From Vitrella brassicaformis CCMP3155 (lineage: Eukaryota; Protista; Chromerida), in NCBI GenBank assembly GCA_001179505.1, contig CDMY01000506.1, positions 1 through 62,664 of the forward strand: a DNA stretch of 62,664 nucleotides, in the 5' to 3' direction. Numbering within the stretch: the stretch's first letter is position 1; every line of letters starts with the position of its first letter. The position numbers and the translations under genes are program-made. Below are positions 62,202 to 62,664 of the stretch, one piece after another. Under the pieces are notes generated by a model, which saw only the letters and a list, made by a program, of their open reading frames with translations, was not told the origin of the DNA and searched no databases.

Positions 62202-62664
62202 AGACGGCCTTCGCCTGTTGGTCCGCCCTGCGTTTGATGGTTCAGCCTCGGAAGAGGGCCTGAGTGAAGCAAAACACACAGATCAACACAATTGCAAGAA
62301 TCAATGCGTCCAGCTGCACCCGTGCTGTGTGCCACCAGGCTACGTTGCTTTCATTGCATCATGTTACCGAGGAGGCAAGGCATCAACAGACGAGTCATTC
62401 GAATGCGTTGGATCTTGATGCGCCGAAACGCCACGTGATTCAGAGCCTTCCATCACAACCCAGGAAACATCGCGGGGAGCATAGAACAGGCGGATCAGCT
62501 GTCGCTCAGGTGCGACAGAGCGGTTTCACGGAGAGGGAAATTGCGAGCTCAAAATTTTAGCCTCCTCGCAAAGCGATTAATGGCCGACAGATCGGCTCTT
62601 CCCCTGCCTCCTCTACTGCATGTCCGACGTGTACGCAGGGAGCTCGGCATAGTGTCATTGATTA

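Overview
Eukaryotic, GC-rich, intron-dense nuclear DNA. The introns are short GT-AG introns packed with (GT)n, (CAGA)n, (GGAT)n and (GGGA)n microsatellites. Gene content and style suggest a chromerid/alveolate such as Vitrella brassicaformis (inference). I assembled about 22 multi-exon genes by eye: a FAAL-initiated type I PKS/FAS (cut off at the window start), a lineage-family gene with one in-frame TGA, a BTB protein, a degenerate FKBP with a secretory/plastid leader, a P450, a complete FMR1/FXR-like protein, TVP15, an IQ-motif protein, DNAAF5/HEATR2, a large disordered protein, a WWE + Regnase-type NYN fusion, a SAM protein, CTU1, an HP1-like chromo/chromoshadow protein, a COG2509 flavoprotein, a catalytically dead GH18 chitinase and a plastid-type tandem-YciI protein. 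The most unusual structure is a palindromic four-gene cassette at about 30.8-35.3 kb. Two ~700-bp inverted arms each hold a near-identical bidirectional promoter. The arms drive two distantly paralogous unknown genes outward and two related genes inward; one inward gene is a Zn-finger + permuted NlpC/P60 peptidase and the other is a chimeric pseudogene. Five 300-N gaps are present. No rRNA, tRNA, CRISPR array or transposase could be supported. Exon boundaries are manual and some are approximate.
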